DNA of 64,000 nucleotides from Acidobacteriota bacterium (GCA_022711665.1 JAKLEN010000004.1:528-64527), one strand, 5' to 3'; positions 36,848 through 48,387 are shown, counted from the stretch's first letter. Notes: a model not told the origin generated them from the sequence alone. Numbers and translations are program-made.

Positions 36848-38677
36848 ATGATGCAGTTCCGGAAAGCCGGCCTGGCCCTTATCGCCGCCGTCGTCCTGAC
36901 CTCGTCCTGGGCCGCCGCCCAGACCGAAGAGGCCAACGCCATTCTTGGCCAAGCGGGCTCGAGCGTTCTGGCGCTCGTCAGCTACGGCGCGGACAAGGCC
37001 GAGATCTTCGACGGATCGGCGTTCGCCCTGGGCGAAGACGTCGTGGTCACGGCTTACCACGTGGTCTCGCAGGCCTTCGACGTCGAAGGCCTCAACATCA
37101 AGGGCAAGAAGGTCAAGATCCAGGGCATCCTGGGCGTCGATAAGGCCCATGATGTCGCCGTCCTCAAGCTGAAAGCCAAGCTCAAGGCCCTGCCTGTCGG
37201 GTCCCTGGACAGCCTGGCCGCGGGGAGCCGCCTGTTCGCTCTCGGCTCCAACGAATCCGGCAACATCATCGTCTACGAAGGCACGTTCCGCCGGCTCGTC
37301 GACGCCGGGGCCGCGGGCAAGGTGATCGAGGTCTCCCTGCCGGCCCCCAACCAGTTCCGCGGCGGGCCGCTCGTCGACGTCAACGGCCAGCTCGTCGGCA
37401 TGCTGATCGTCGACGATAAGAACCTTCGCTTCGGCCTGCCCGTCAGCGTCCTGACCGGCGTGCCCCGGACGGGCGAGGCCACGCCGTTCAAGGCGCAGGC
37501 CATGGAGAACTATTTCGAGACGCCCGCCGGCAACAACTTCGCCGGCCTGGCGGCCCTGGCCCTGGACGACCAGTTGGCCGCCCGGAACCACCTGGAGAAG
37601 GTCGTCAAGGCCGATCCGTCCGACCTGCAGAGCCAGCTGCGGCTGGCCGAGATCTACTCGCAGCAGCGCGACTACACCGCCGCCGTAGCGGCCTACCGCA
37701 AGATCACGGAGCTCGACCCGCAGCGGGCCGACGCGTTCTCCGGGCTGGGCGCCATCCTCTTCAAGCAGAACCAGTTCAAGGACGCCGCCGAGGCGTTGGA
37801 GAAAGCGGCCGCCCTGGGGTCCGCGGGTCAGGTCCAGTACGACATCGGCGCGGCCTGGGAGGCGGCGACCGATTTCGCCAAGGCCGCCGCCGCCTATGAG
37901 CAGTATGTCGCCATGGGGACGGCCGACGCCTGGAAGGCCCAGTGGCGCTCCGGCTTCTGCCGGATCCAGCTGGGCGAGTATGAGCCGGCCATCGCCGCCC
38001 TGCTCGCGGCCCAGGCGGCCCAGCCGAAAGAGGTCAAGGTCCGCGAGTCCCTGGCCGAGGCCTACGTCAAGGCCGGGCGGCTCGAGGAGGCCGAGGGCGT
38101 CTACGGCGCCCTGGCCACCCTCAACCCGCCCGAAGCCAAGAACTACTACCGCCAGGCCTACCAGATGTACGACGGGGCCGGGAAGTTCGACAAGGCCGTC
38201 GTCCCGCTCAAGAAGATCATCGAGCTCGACCCCAAGAACGAGACGAACTTCTACTATCTCGGCCTGACATATTTCAAGGTGCCGGATTACGGCCAGGCCG
38301 TGGCCGCCTTTGAGCAGGCCCTGGCCGTCAAGCCCGAGTTCCCGCACGCCTGGTACCAGATCGGCTCCTCGTATTTCAACGCCAAGAAATATAAAGAGGC
38401 GGCCGAGGCCTACAAAAAGTACGCCGAACTGGCCCCCGAGGACCCCTCCGGGCCGCTGAATATCGGCGTGGCCCATATCCAGGCCAAGAACTATCAGGCG
38501 GCCCTGGAGCCCCTGAAGAAGGCCGTCGAGCTCAAGCCGGACAACGCCGTGGCCCTGGCCAACCTGGCGATCGTCTATATCAACCTGAAGGACATGTACA
38601 GCGCCAAGGAGATCTATAACAAGCTGGTGGCCGTCGATCCGGCCATGGCCGAGAAGATCAAGAAGCACATCCGTTGA
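36848..38677 (+). CDS. Secreted trypsin-like (S1C/HtrA-like) domain with catalytic Ser replaced by Arg, fused to a long TPR-repeat region
   Basis: Signal peptide. His (TAYHVV) and Asp (HDVAVLKL) positions retained, but the GNSGGPL box reads NQFRGGPL. At least 8 TPR-like repeats with AxxAYxKA-type patterns. Confidence 0.65.
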   Translation: MMQFRKAGLALIAAVVLTSSWAAAQTEEANAILGQAGSSVLALVSYGADKAEIFDGSAFALGEDVVVTAYHVVSQAFDVEGLNIKGKKVKIQGILGVDKAHDVAVLKLKAKLKALPVGSLDSLAAGSRLFALGSNESGNIIVYEGTFRRLVDAGAAGKVIEVSLPAPNQFRGGPLVDVNGQLVGMLIVDDKNLRFGLPVSVLTGVPRTGEATPFKAQAMENYFETPAGNNFAGLAALALDDQLAARNHLEKVVKADPSDLQSQLRLAEIYSQQRDYTAAVAAYRKITELDPQRADAFSGLGAILFKQNQFKDAAEALEKAAALGSAGQVQYDIGAAWEAATDFAKAAAAYEQYVAMGTADAWKAQWRSGFCRIQLGEYEPAIAALLAAQAAQPKEVKVRESLAEAYVKAGRLEEAEGVYGALATLNPPEAKNYYRQAYQMYDGAGKFDKAVVPLKKIIELDPKNETNFYYLGLTYFKVPDYGQAVAAFEQALAVKPEFPHAWYQIGSSYFNAKKYKEAAEAYKKYAELAPEDPSGPLNIGVAHIQAKNYQAALEPLKKAVELKPDNAVALANLAIVYINLKDMYSAKEIYNKLVAVDPAMAEKIKKHIR

Positions 38678-38709
38678 CGACCGTGGGGCCCGGCCGGCCG
38701 GGCCCGGAA

Positions 38710-38794
38710 GGGCAGATGGCGGAATTGGCAGACGCGCTAGGCTTAGGACCTAGTTCCTGATGAAGGAGTGCGGGTTCGAGTCCCGCTCTGCCTA
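38710..38794 (+). tRNA. tRNA-Leu (anticodon TAG), class II with long variable arm; CCA not encoded
   Basis: Hand-folded: 7-bp acceptor stem (GGGCAGA/TCTGCCT, one G-U), 3-bp D-stem, anticodon loop CTTAGGA, T-arm GCGGG-TTCGAGT-CCCGC, discriminator A. Confidence 0.85.
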
Positions 38795-38852
38795 CTGACG
38801 TCGCCGCGGCCCCGGCGCCGTCCCCGATATCCCGAGACAGGAAAGTGACACC

Positions 38853-40130
38853 ATGAACGAACAAGAACGACGCGGCCGGCTGACCGACGTCAGCCCCAGC
38901 CGCAAGGAGATCGAACTCGAGATCCCCGACGAGGAATTCCGCCGGGAGTATGATCGCGTCCTCGGCGAGTACGTCGGCAAGGCCAAGCTCGACGGCTTCC
39001 GCAAGGGCCACGCCCCGCGGGAGCAGGTCCGGGCCCTCTTCGACCACGAGATCCGGCACGACGTCTATGACGCCCTGATCCCCCGGGTTCTGGAGGAGGA
39101 GCTCAAGGGCCTGCGCCTGAGCCCGGTCAACGTGCCGGAGCTCAAGGACCTGAAGCACGAAGACGGCCAGCCCCTGCGGGCCACGGCCGCCTTCGAGGTC
39201 CTGCCGGACTTCGAGCTGCCCGACTACCGGTCCGTCCGGGTCCAGAAGAAGCCCGTCGAGGTCGCCGATGCCGATGTCGACAAGGCCCTGGAGGACCTCC
39301 GGGCCCGGGCCGCCGAGTACGTGCCGGTCGAGGGTCGGGGAGTGGCCGCCGGCGATTACGCCGTCGTGGAGATGCAAGGGCGGGACCTGGCCAGCAAGCG
39401 CCTCCTGCCGGTCGAGAAGGCCGTCGTCCTGGCCGGGCACGCCGACAACGAGCCGGCCCTGAACGAGAAGCTTCTCGGCCTGGCGGCGGGGGAGGAGCGG
39501 TCCTTCGAGGTCGCCTACCCCAAGGAACACGCCAACCGCCGCGTGGCCGGCAAGACCATCGTCTACAGCCTCAAGCTCCGCGAGATCAAGGAAAAGAAGC
39601 TGCCCGGCCTGGATGACGATTTCGCCAAGACCATGGGCGTGGCCGAAGGCCTGGCGGCCCTGCGGGACAAGGTCCGCCGGGAGCTCCTGGCTGGCCGGGA
39701 GAGGGCCAGCCAGAACGAGACCGCCTCCGAGGTCCTCAAGGCCATCGCCGCGAAGGTCTCCCTGGAGCTGCCGGAATCGGCCGTCGACCAGGAATCCCTG
39801 GCCATCCTGCGGCGCCTGCTGTCGGTCTACCGGGACAGCCGGCTGGCCCCGGAGGCCGTCGAAAGCCTGAAGGCCGAGGCCCGGCGCCAGGCCGTCGAGC
39901 ACCTGACGAACCACCTGATCCTCGAAAAGATAGCCCAAAAGGAGGGCTTGGGGGTGAGCGAAGAGGAGATCCAGGCCGAGATCCGCAGCCTGGCCCAGGC
40001 CAACGGCATCCCCGAGGCCTCCCTGGCTGACAGGATCCGCCGCGACCCCTCCCGCAGGGAGGAAATGGCCGAGAACCTGCTCTTCCGCAAGGCAGTTGAC
40101 TTTCTCATGAAAACGTCTATAATGAGTTAA
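38853..40130 (+). CDS. tig: Trigger factor
   Basis: Ribosome-binding signature GFRKGHAP. PPIase and C-terminal arm domains. Confidence 0.9.
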   Translation: MNEQERRGRLTDVSPSRKEIELEIPDEEFRREYDRVLGEYVGKAKLDGFRKGHAPREQVRALFDHEIRHDVYDALIPRVLEEELKGLRLSPVNVPELKDLKHEDGQPLRATAAFEVLPDFELPDYRSVRVQKKPVEVADADVDKALEDLRARAAEYVPVEGRGVAAGDYAVVEMQGRDLASKRLLPVEKAVVLAGHADNEPALNEKLLGLAAGEERSFEVAYPKEHANRRVAGKTIVYSLKLREIKEKKLPGLDDDFAKTMGVAEGLAALRDKVRRELLAGRERASQNETASEVLKAIAAKVSLELPESAVDQESLAILRRLLSVYRDSRLAPEAVESLKAEARRQAVEHLTNHLILEKIAQKEGLGVSEEEIQAEIRSLAQANGIPEASLADRIRRDPSRREEMAENLLFRKAVDFLMKTSIMS

Positions 40131-40254
40131 CCAAGGTTCAGTTCCCCCGTCTCCCTGATGAGCGCGTCCCGTTGGAGAGAGGCGGTTCATATCCCGTATC
40201 CAGTGAGGCGCATGCCTGAGCCAGCCAGGGGCCGCCAGCGGCCCGGAGCGTAGA

Positions 40255-42708
40255 ATGCAGGATTCCAACGAGCACACCGAGGTCCTCAAGAACATCCCTC
40301 TGATCCCCCTGAGGGACCTCGTCGTGTTCCCGGCCACCCTGGTGCCCTTCATCGTCGGCCGGTCCTCGTCCATCCAGGCCCTGGAACGGGCGGCCGAAAA
40401 GGACAAGATGGTCTTCCTGGCCGCCCAGATGGACGCCTCGGTCGACAATCCCTCGCCCAAGGACATCTATTCGGTCGGCGTGACGGCCAAGATCATCCGG
40501 ACGATCAAGAGCGACGACCGGAACATGAAGGTCATCGTCGAAGGCAAGAGCCGGGCCCGGATCGTCGAATACCTGAGCACCTACCCCTACTACCAGATCC
40601 TGGCTAAGGCCATCAGGGAAGTCGACGACCACCTGCCCGAGTCCCGGGAGCTGCTGAAGAGGGTCCTGGCCCTCTTCGAGGACTACCTCAAGCTCAACCA
40701 GAACGCCAACCTGGATTCGATCATCCCGGCCCTTCGGGAGAACACCCCCGAACGCATCACCGACATCATCGCCTCCCACGTCTATATGCCCATCGAGGAG
40801 AAGCAGAACCTCCTCGAGACGGTCAACAGCTTCGAGCGCCTGCGGCGCCTCAACTACGTCCTCGAGAACGAGATCCTGAAGATCCATTCGGCCTACCAGA
40901 AGGATCCCAACCGGGCCGCGGGTCGGCGCCGGGGCTCCTTCAAGGACCAGGCGGGCGGCGGCCAGAAGCCCTTCCCGCCGGGCGCGCCGGGCGGCCGCAA
41001 GGAAGACCAGCCCAACGAGATCGAGGAGCTGCGGCAGAAGGTGGCCAAGGCCAAGATGCCGCCGGACGGCCAGGAGAAGGCCTACAAGGAGATCGAGCGG
41101 CTGGAGACCATGCCGCCCATGTCGGCCGAGGCCACGGTCAGCCGCAACTATCTGGACTGGCTCATCTCCCTGCCCTGGGTCAAGAAGACGCGGGAAAAGA
41201 GGGAGCTCAAGGAAGCCGAAAGGATCCTCAACGAAGACCATCACGGCCTGGAGAAGGTCAAGGAGCGCATCCTCGAGTACCTCTCCATCCGCCAGCTGGT
41301 CAAGAATCCCCGGGGCGTCATCCTCGGGCTGATCGGACCGCCGGGCGTGGGCAAGAGCTCGCTGGCCAAGTCCATCGCCCGGGCCACGGGGCGGAAGTTC
41401 GTCCGCCTGTCCCTGGGCGGCGTCCGCGACGAAGCCGAGATCCGCGGCCACCGGCGGACCTACATCGGGGCCTATCCCGGCCGGATCATCCAGATGATCA
41501 AGCGGGCCGGGACCAAGAACCCCGTCTTCCTTCTCGACGAGGTCGACAAGATGAGCATGGACTTCCGGGGCGATCCGGCCTCGGCCCTGATGGAGGTCCT
41601 CGATCCCGAACAGAACAGCACCTTCCTCGACCATTACATCGACACCGATTTCGACCTGTCCCAGGTCATGTTCATCGTCACGGCCAACCTGATCGACCCC
41701 ATCCCCAAGCCCCTTATCGACCGCATGGAGATCATCCGCATCCCCGGCTACACCGAGGACGAGAAGCTGGAGATCGCCAAGCGCTTCCTCCTGCCCAAGC
41801 AGATGGAGGCCCACGGCCTGACCGAGGCCAACATCAAGTTCAGCGACCACGCCCTGGTCAAGCTCATCCGCGGCTACACTCGCGAGGCCGGCGTCCGGAA
41901 CCTGGAGCGGGAGATCACCACGGTCTGCCGCAAGGTCGTGAAGAGGGTCGTCGAACAGGGCAAGGAGCACAAGGAGCACATCACTCCCAAGAACCTCGAG
42001 TCCTACCTGGGCATCCCCAAGTTCCGCCGCTCCGAGTTCGACAAGCGGGACGAGATCGGGGTGGCCACCGGCATGGCCTGGACCGAGTTCGGCGGCGAGC
42101 TGCTCCGGTTCGAGGCCACCAAGGTCCATGGCAAGGGCAGCTTCACCCTGACCGGCCAGCTCGGCGAGATCATGCAGGAATCGGCCCAGACGGCCTTCTC
42201 CTTCGTCCGGGGCAAGATCTACGAACTCGACATCGCCCGGGACCTGCACCGCAACTCCGACATCCACGTCCACGTGCCCGAGGGGTCGACGCCCAAGGAG
42301 GGCCCGTCGGCCGGCATCACTATCGCCACGGCCATCATCTCGCTGCTGACCGACATCCCGGTCCGCAACAAGGTGGCCCTGAGCGGCGAGATCACCCTCA
42401 AAGGCAAGGTCCTGCCCGTCGGCGGCATCAAGGAGAAACTGCTGGCCGCCTACCGGGAAGGGATCCGCGAGGCTGTCCTGCCCCTTGACAATCAACCCGA
42501 CCTCAAGGACCTGCCCAAGGTCCTCAAGACCGGGATGAACATCCACCTCGTCGAAACGATGGACGAGGTCCTGAAGATCGTCCTGACCCGCGAGCTGCCG
42601 AAGAAGCCCGCCGAAGGCCGTGAGACCGCTCCGGCCGAGGGGGAACGCCCGGCGGCCCGGCCGGCCGAGGGCGGAGAAGCGGCCAAGGAGCCGCCCCTGA
42701 CCAACTGA
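40255..42708 (+). CDS. lon: ATP-dependent protease Lon
   Basis: LON N-domain. AAA+ Walker [10 protein letters not shown]. Protease Ser-Lys dyad context [10 protein letters not shown]…K. 817 aa. Confidence 0.9.
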   Translation: MQDSNEHTEVLKNIPLIPLRDLVVFPATLVPFIVGRSSSIQALERAAEKDKMVFLAAQMDASVDNPSPKDIYSVGVTAKIIRTIKSDDRNMKVIVEGKSRARIVEYLSTYPYYQILAKAIREVDDHLPESRELLKRVLALFEDYLKLNQNANLDSIIPALRENTPERITDIIASHVYMPIEEKQNLLETVNSFERLRRLNYVLENEILKIHSAYQKDPNRAAGRRRGSFKDQAGGGQKPFPPGAPGGRKEDQPNEIEELRQKVAKAKMPPDGQEKAYKEIERLETMPPMSAEATVSRNYLDWLISLPWVKKTREKRELKEAERILNEDHHGLEKVKERILEYLSIRQLVKNPRGVILGLIGPPGVGKSSLAKSIARATGRKFVRLSLGGVRDEAEIRGHRRTYIGAYPGRIIQMIKRAGTKNPVFLLDEVDKMSMDFRGDPASALMEVLDPEQNSTFLDHYIDTDFDLSQVMFIVTANLIDPIPKPLIDRMEIIRIPGYTEDEKLEIAKRFLLPKQMEAHGLTEANIKFSDHALVKLIRGYTREAGVRNLEREITTVCRKVVKRVVEQGKEHKEHITPKNLESYLGIPKFRRSEFDKRDEIGVATGMAWTEFGGELLRFEATKVHGKGSFTLTGQLGEIMQESAQTAFSFVRGKIYELDIARDLHRNSDIHVHVPEGSTPKEGPSAGITIATAIISLLTDIPVRNKVALSGEITLKGKVLPVGGIKEKLLAAYREGIREAVLPLDNQPDLKDLPKVLKTGMNIHLVETMDEVLKIVLTRELPKKPAEGRETAPAEGERPAARPAEGGEAAKEPPLTN

Positions 42709-42764
42709 AGATCGTTTTTTTTGACTGCTGAACCGGACCGTAATCCACGTCGGGAGAGAACCAC

Positions 42765-44084
42765 ATGGTGACGAAGAAGAACGAAAACGTCGAAGCCCCG
42801 TCCATGAACCGGGACTTCAACCTCATCGACCTCGAGGCCCAGACCATCGACGACCTGGCCAAGATCGCGGCCGCAGTCGGGCTGCCCGAGGACGAGATCG
42901 ACGACGCGAGCAAGCACCACCTTGTCTTCAGGATCCTGGAGGCCCAGGCCAAGAAGCAGGGGATGCTCTTTTCTGAGGGCGTCCTGGAGTGCCTGGAAGA
43001 CGGTTTCGGCTTCCTCCGCGCCCCGGAGTTCAGCTACCTGCCCAGCCAGGACGACATCTACGTCTCGCCCTCCCAGATCCGCAAGTTCCAGCTGCGGACC
43101 GGCGACACCATCTCCGGCGTCGTCCGGGCCCCCAAGAACGGCGAGAAGTACTTCGCCCTGATCAAGATCGAGGCCGTCAACTTCATGCACCCCGACGTGA
43201 TCATCGAGGAGCGCCGGAACGTCAATTTCGAGGGCCTGACGCCCCTCTACCCGTTCGAGATGATCAAGCTCCAGGACGGCAACCCCAAGAACATGAACGC
43301 CCGGGTCATGGAACTCCTGACGCCCATCGGCAAGGGCCAGCGCGGTCTGATCGTCTCGCCGCCCCGGGCCGGCAAGACGACCATCCTCAAGACGATCGCC
43401 AAGTCCATCGAGAAGAACCACCCCGAGATCTTCCTCATCGTCCTGCTCATCGCCGAGCGGCCAGAAGAGGTCACGGACTTCAAGCGCAGCGTCAACGGCG
43501 AGGTCGTGGCTTCGACCTTCGATGAGCCGCCGACCCGCAATGCCCAGGTCGCCAACATCGTCCTGGAGAAGGCCAAGCGCCTGGTCGAGATCAAGCGCGA
43601 CGTCGTCATCCTGCTCGACTCCATCACCCGCCTGGCCCGGGCCCACAACTCCATCGTCCCGCCCTCGGGCAAGGTTCTGTCGGGCGGCATCGACGCCAAC
43701 GCCCTGCACAAGCCCAAGAAGTTCTTCGGCTCGGCCCGCAAGGTCGAGGAAGGCGGCTCGCTGACCATCCTGGCCACGGCCCTGATCGACACCGGCAGCC
43801 GGATGGACGAGGTCATCTTCGAGGAGTTCAAGGGCACCGGCAACATGGAGATCAACCTCGACCGGCGCCTGGTCGACAAGCGCGTCTTCCCGGCCATCGA
43901 CATGAGCCGGTCCGGCACCCGCAAGGAAGAGCTCCTCATCCCGGAGCAGGACCTCAACCGCATCTGGATCCTGCGCAAGGTTCTGAGCCAGATGAACGAG
44001 GTCGAGGCCGTCGAGATGCTGATCGACAAGCTGGGCAAAACCAAGACCAACCAGGACTTCCTCAACCAGATGAGCAAGGGCTGA
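42765..44084 (+). CDS. rho: Transcription termination factor Rho
   Basis: N-terminal Rho_N and CSD-like RNA-binding domain. RecA-type ATPase with Walker A PPRAGKTT. 439 aa. Confidence 0.9.
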   Translation: MVTKKNENVEAPSMNRDFNLIDLEAQTIDDLAKIAAAVGLPEDEIDDASKHHLVFRILEAQAKKQGMLFSEGVLECLEDGFGFLRAPEFSYLPSQDDIYVSPSQIRKFQLRTGDTISGVVRAPKNGEKYFALIKIEAVNFMHPDVIIEERRNVNFEGLTPLYPFEMIKLQDGNPKNMNARVMELLTPIGKGQRGLIVSPPRAGKTTILKTIAKSIEKNHPEIFLIVLLIAERPEEVTDFKRSVNGEVVASTFDEPPTRNAQVANIVLEKAKRLVEIKRDVVILLDSITRLARAHNSIVPPSGKVLSGGIDANALHKPKKFFGSARKVEEGGSLTILATALIDTGSRMDEVIFEEFKGTGNMEINLDRRLVDKRVFPAIDMSRSGTRKEELLIPEQDLNRIWILRKVLSQMNEVEAVEMLIDKLGKTKTNQDFLNQMSKG

Positions 44085-44093
44085 GGCGCGATC

Positions 44094-44789
44094 GTGAAGA
44101 CGCTCGGCCTCATCGGCGGCACGACCTGGCATTCGACCGTCGACTACTACCGGCTCATCAACCAGGGCGTCCAGGAGAGGCTGGGCGGCCACAGCTCGGC
44201 CGCCATGGTCATGGTCTCGGTGGATTTCGCGCCTGTCCAGGATCTCCAGGATAAAGGTGACTGGTCGGCCCTGGGCCGGCTGATGGTCCGGGCGGCCAAG
44301 ACCCTCGAGGGGGCCGGGGCCGAGGCCATCGTCATCTGCGCCAACACCATGCACCAGCTGGCCCCGGACATCGCCGCGGCCTGCCGGCTCCCGATCATCC
44401 ACATCGCCGACGCGGCCGCCGCGGCCGTCAAGGGCCGGGGCCTGACGGCGGTCGGGCTGCTCGGCACCCGTTTCACCATGGAGATGGACTTCTACCGGGC
44501 GCGCCTGGAAAAGGAGCACGGGCTGAAGGTCCTGGTCCCGGACGCGCCCGAGCGGGCCGTCGTTCATGACGTCATCTACGACGAGCTCGGCCGGGGCCTC
44601 GTCCGCGAGGAGTCGCGACGGGCCTACGTCAAGATCATCGATGGGCTGGCCGGCCGCGGCGCCCAGGGAGTCATCCTGGGTTGCACGGAGATCCCGCTCC
44701 TCATCAAGGAGAAGGACAGCCCGGTGCCCGTCTTCGACACCACGGCCCTCCACGCCGCCGCCGCGGTGGATTTCGCGCTGGGCGGCTGA
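44094..44789 (+). CDS. Asp/Glu/hydantoin racemase-family protein (aspartate racemase-like)
   Basis: GTG start. Two-Cys racemase motifs (ICANTMH … LGCTEIPLL). Confidence 0.75.
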   Translation: MKTLGLIGGTTWHSTVDYYRLINQGVQERLGGHSSAAMVMVSVDFAPVQDLQDKGDWSALGRLMVRAAKTLEGAGAEAIVICANTMHQLAPDIAAACRLPIIHIADAAAAAVKGRGLTAVGLLGTRFTMEMDFYRARLEKEHGLKVLVPDAPERAVVHDVIYDELGRGLVREESRRAYVKIIDGLAGRGAQGVILGCTEIPLLIKEKDSPVPVFDTTALHAAAAVDFALGG

Positions 44790-44930
44790 GCTTTTCCGTC
44801 GTTGTCATCGTTCGTTGGCAAGCTAAAGGTTCGGACCAGACATCTATCTCAGTACGCTTCCGGCACGTTGTTTGAACGAGCCCTCCCGATGTGCCGGGAA
44901 TCTACCGCTCTCGCCATCCGGAGCGCACCG
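44652..44930 (+). repeat. Copy 1 of a ~280-bp direct repeat (3' end of the racemase gene plus ~140 bp downstream)
   Basis: Seen in sequence: matches 48014-48289 over its whole length with scattered mismatches and a 3-nt indel. Confidence 0.7.
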
Positions 44931-44963
44931 GACTGTAGTTGAGTGGAGGAGACTTCCTTCCTT

Positions 44964-46133
44964 TTATTTTCTTCGCAGCCATGTCGATTTCATCGAGACG
45001 GCGTGATCTGCGCCAACAGTGATTGTCCCCACCCAGAGCCAGGTGGTCACCCACAACGGGCCGGACATCGGCTGCCAGCCTTCCTGCGGTTGGATCTCCA
45101 TGTCAACGACATTCCCCTGACGCATAATGCGATATGCTCCGGCGACAATTCCCAATGTCCCGTCAGCGCCAGCAGAAAAACGTCCTTTCAATTCGCTGCG
45201 ATCCTTCAAGTAGGGCAGATCCGGAATTGGCGGCGAAAACTCGAAGCTCACATTATGTTTGTCGTCGAACCCCACCATCCTACGGATTTCATGATGTCCG
45301 GCATTGTTGACAAGTTCGTAGCGCGTCTGTCCTGTCTGCAACATCACCTGCTGCCCCGGCTGCAATGGTGATAGTTCGCCATCATGCGGCGAATTCCAGC
45401 ATCCGATAATCGGGGCAGCAGTATAGCGGCTCAGATACACCAATTCCCAATTCGCGGGAATGGGCAATTTCTTCGGCTTCCGTTCTTTCCCGCCGGTTTT
45501 GACAGCGATCTCAGTGCCTGACCGGCGTACGAAATTCATCCCTTTCATGTAATAAAGCGGGAAATGGTCGAACTTCACCGCGTCACTTCCGCCAATCGGC
45601 GCCAGAAATCCCTTAGACCATTTTTTGCGAGTGATCTCTTTGATTCGAAATTCGACCGGTTTGCCGGCATGATCCTGCATCTTGAGCGAGGCATCCAGGC
45701 CGGATGCGGTTACTTCGAAATGATAGACCATATCGGGAGCAAGAAAAGATGTATCATGGCACAATTCGGGTTCCATAAATGCTTTATTGGTGTAATAGAT
45801 ATCAGCAGGACCGGTGTGGTGATACAGCAGCACTATGGCGGCTTGTCCGCGTGTATCATTAAAGGTTTGCAATTCGATGGCGGCATATTCGGGATCATCC
45901 TCGATATCTAACAGCATCAGCTTGTCAATCTGGTGCACTGCGATATTGAAGGGCGAATATAAAAGTCCGGTCGAAGGGCTTGCGTAGATCTCTGCCGGAT
46001 TACTGAGATTTCCCAAATATTCCTGATGATTTACAACTGCGTCTTTCGTATTCAGCGTGAGATACCGGTACCCAAAGAATGCCGCTATACCGGCAAACAC
46101 AATGACAACGGCCAAAATCACCACCCGTTTCAT
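44964..46133 (-). CDS. Hypothetical N-terminally membrane-anchored protein; low-GC (~50%) gene
   Basis: ATG at 46133 with RBS GGAAACAGGAGGGGG. Single N-terminal TM (VVILAVVIVFAGIAAFFGY), then a ~360-aa extracytoplasmic domain. No family recognised. Confidence 0.5.
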   Translation of the reverse strand: MKRVVILAVVIVFAGIAAFFGYRYLTLNTKDAVVNHQEYLGNLSNPAEIYASPSTGLLYSPFNIAVHQIDKLMLLDIEDDPEYAAIELQTFNDTRGQAAIVLLYHHTGPADIYYTNKAFMEPELCHDTSFLAPDMVYHFEVTASGLDASLKMQDHAGKPVEFRIKEITRKKWSKGFLAPIGGSDAVKFDHFPLYYMKGMNFVRRSGTEIAVKTGGKERKPKKLPIPANWELVYLSRYTAAPIIGCWNSPHDGELSPLQPGQQVMLQTGQTRYELVNNAGHHEIRRMVGFDDKHNVSFEFSPPIPDLPYLKDRSELKGRFSAGADGTLGIVAGAYRIMRQGNVVDMEIQPQEGWQPMSGPLWVTTWLWVGTITVGADHAVSMKSTWLRRK

Positions 46134-46372
46134 TGATTCCCCCTCCTGTTTCCTAAAAATGGCGGACAGCGAATTCTGATTCCTCTCCCAAAGCTCTATG
46201 ACTTCCTGAAGAGTATGTCCTATAAACACAGAAGAATATTAGGGGACCGCCTCGATCTCGCCCAACGGAAAATATTTGTTCTTCCTGCGGAAAAACGACG
46301 TCTACTGGGTGGATGCCGGAATCATCAGGGACCGAAAACCCAGAGAATAAAATTCGCGTCGGCGAACCGTCC

Positions 46373-47932
46373 TCAATCCGCGAGACAGGACCGGACGAAA
46401 TCGGCCACGTCGCGCTTGGCCGTGATCAGATCAGTCTTGCGGATGTACATCATGTGGCCGCATTCATAATAAGCGAACTTGACCCGGTCTTTGACCTTGC
46501 CGCCCGGATCAAGATGGGTGAAAGCGTATTCGGCGCTGTAATAATCGCAGGCGCCGTCAAAATAACCGGCCAGGACCAAAACCTTCTGGAAGCGGTTCTT
46601 GGCCATGGCGTCGTAGAGCATATCGCCGACGCCCTGCGGCGCGCCGAACATCCCGAATTTCGATTCGCCCATGCCCCGCCATCTTCCGATGTCGCCGAAG
46701 ATATTGTAATTGAGATCGGTCTCGACCTTCAGATCGTTCTTGAAGTACTGGTTGATCGCAGCGGAAAAGCCGCCGTACCAATCGGTCATGGCCGGATCGT
46801 CCTCAAACATCTCTCCGGCTTGGCTTTTGACGATGCCCGTATACCGGCTGTCAAGACGGCCGACCGTCAAGCCGTCTTTTCGGAGAAGTTCTTTGCGGAA
46901 CTGCTCGGCCGGAACCCGGAGATGGCTGCCGAGAAGGTATTCCTTCGGCAGGCCGGAGAACCGGGCCAGCTTAGCGGCGGCGTCGTCTTTTTCTTTCGGG
47001 GAAAGGGCGTTGCCCCGGGCCAGGGCGAGCAGGAATTCGCCTCGGGCGAAGGCTTCCGCTTCGTCGAGGACGGACCGGAGCGGCTTGGCTTGCAGGTCGG
47101 CGGGAAGCTTTTTATGATACCAGGCCGTCGCCGTATAGTGGGGCAGGATCATCGCCGTGCTCATGTCCGCTCCCAGGTCCACGCCCAGGGTCATGGACGA
47201 AACGAGGATCGTCCCGTTGAGGAAAATGTTGTATTCGCTCATCAGATAACCGGTCAATCCGGCGGCCCGGGTCGTTCCATAGCTCTCGCCGATGATGAAC
47301 TTCGGCGAGTCCCAGCGGCCGTTCTTCGTCAGATACAGCCGGATAAACTCGCCGACCGAGGCCAGGTCCTCCGTCAATCCGTGGTATTTATGCGGATCTT
47401 CGCCGGGCGCCATGCGGCTGTAGCCGGTCGCGACGGGATCGATGAAGACGAGGTCGGCCTCGTCCAGGATCGAATATTCGTTGTCTTCGATCCGGTACGG
47501 AGGCCGGAGGGCCCACCCCTCCTCGCTGTAGACGACCTTCCGCGGGCCGAGGAATCCCATGTGCATCCAGACCGATGACGAGCCCGGTCCGCCGTTGAAC
47601 GAGAACAGGACCGGCCGCTTGGTCCGATCGGCGACTCCGTCGAGGGTGTAGGCGATATAGAAGATATCGGCCATGTGCTTGCCGGACTCATCCTTCATCG
47701 GCATCATGGCCGCCGTTGCCGTGTAGGTCAGCATCCGGCCGCCGATCTTGATCGAATGGCGGGTCACGGACGTCGCCGGCAGGTCGACCGCCGGAAGGGG
47801 AGTGGGCTTCGCTTCCGGTCCCGATCCGGCCGCTTTCACCGGAGCCTGGATCGGCGGGGGCGTTTGACCGGCCGACATCGCCGCCGATAACACGAAACAC
47901 GCCAGGAAACAGACGCAAAGCTTATTTCTCAT
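46373..47932 (-). CDS. Secreted S10-family (serine carboxypeptidase-like) peptidase
   Basis: ATG at 47932 with RBS AGGGAGGA. Signal peptide [23 protein letters not shown]10 motifs GGPGSSS, GESYG (catalytic Ser), C-terminal …CGHMMY (catalytic His). Confidence 0.7.
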   Translation of the reverse strand: MRNKLCVCFLACFVLSAAMSAGQTPPPIQAPVKAAGSGPEAKPTPLPAVDLPATSVTRHSIKIGGRMLTYTATAAMMPMKDESGKHMADIFYIAYTLDGVADRTKRPVLFSFNGGPGSSSVWMHMGFLGPRKVVYSEEGWALRPPYRIEDNEYSILDEADLVFIDPVATGYSRMAPGEDPHKYHGLTEDLASVGEFIRLYLTKNGRWDSPKFIIGESYGTTRAAGLTGYLMSEYNIFLNGTILVSSMTLGVDLGADMSTAMILPHYTATAWYHKKLPADLQAKPLRSVLDEAEAFARGEFLLALARGNALSPKEKDDAAAKLARFSGLPKEYLLGSHLRVPAEQFRKELLRKDGLTVGRLDSRYTGIVKSQAGEMFEDDPAMTDWYGGFSAAINQYFKNDLKVETDLNYNIFGDIGRWRGMGESKFGMFGAPQGVGDMLYDAMAKNRFQKVLVLAGYFDGACDYYSAEYAFTHLDPGGKVKDRVKFAYYECGHMMYIRKTDLITAKRDVADFVRSCLAD

Positions 47933-48013
47933 CGACAAGTCCTCCCTGCGCTTATCTTTAGCGCAAAACATTGGCGCAAATATATCAAATCGATCCGCCC
48001 CATTCAAACGGCA

Positions 48014-48289
48014 GGCCGCGGCGCCCAGGGAGTCATCCTGGGTTGCACGGAGATCCCGCTCCTCATCAAGGATAAGGACAGCCCCGTGACGGTCTTCGAC
48101 ACGACGGCTCTTCACGCCGCCGCGGTGGATTTCGCGCTGAGCGGCCGAGCTTTTCCGTCGTTGTCATCGTTCCTTGACAAGCAAAGGGTTCGGACTAGAC
48201 ATCTCTCTCTGTACGCTTCCGGCACGTTGTTTGAACGAGTCCTCCCGATGTGCCGGCAATCTACCGCTCTCGCCATCCGGAGCGCACCG
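48014..48289 (+). repeat. Copy 2 of the ~280-bp direct repeat; contains a non-functional duplicate of the last ~45 codons of the racemase gene
   Basis: Seen in sequence: ORF fragment …[22 protein letters not shown] (48086-48151) mirrors the racemase C-terminus …[20 protein letters not shown]. Confidence 0.7.
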
Positions 48290-48387
48290 TGCTCTATCGG
48301 GTGAGGGCTCTGTCCCCGCCCTCTTGACATCGTTCGCGGGCGCTGCATAATAAAGTCAATATTCGTTGCCCCAGGAGACATAAACCC

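Noticed and set aside
36173-38668. Plus-strand ORF 36143..38677 N-terminal extension and antisense ORF 36779..38668
   Set aside because: The real start of the pseudo-protease/TPR gene is the ATG at 36848, after a signal peptide. The upstream extension translates the antisense of the DUF2085 gene.
40131-40254. Expectation of clpP-clpX between tig and lon
   Set aside because: tig is followed directly by lon here. This gene order varies among phyla and is not anomalous by itself.
42709-42764. T-run (GATCGTTTTTTTT) after lon as a Rho-independent terminator
   Set aside because: No convincing GC-rich stem immediately precedes the T-tract. It may instead be part of the rho promoter/leader region.
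40138-44753. 802-aa and 753-aa minus-strand ORFs across lon and rho
   Set aside because: Antisense shadows of two of the most conserved genes in the window.
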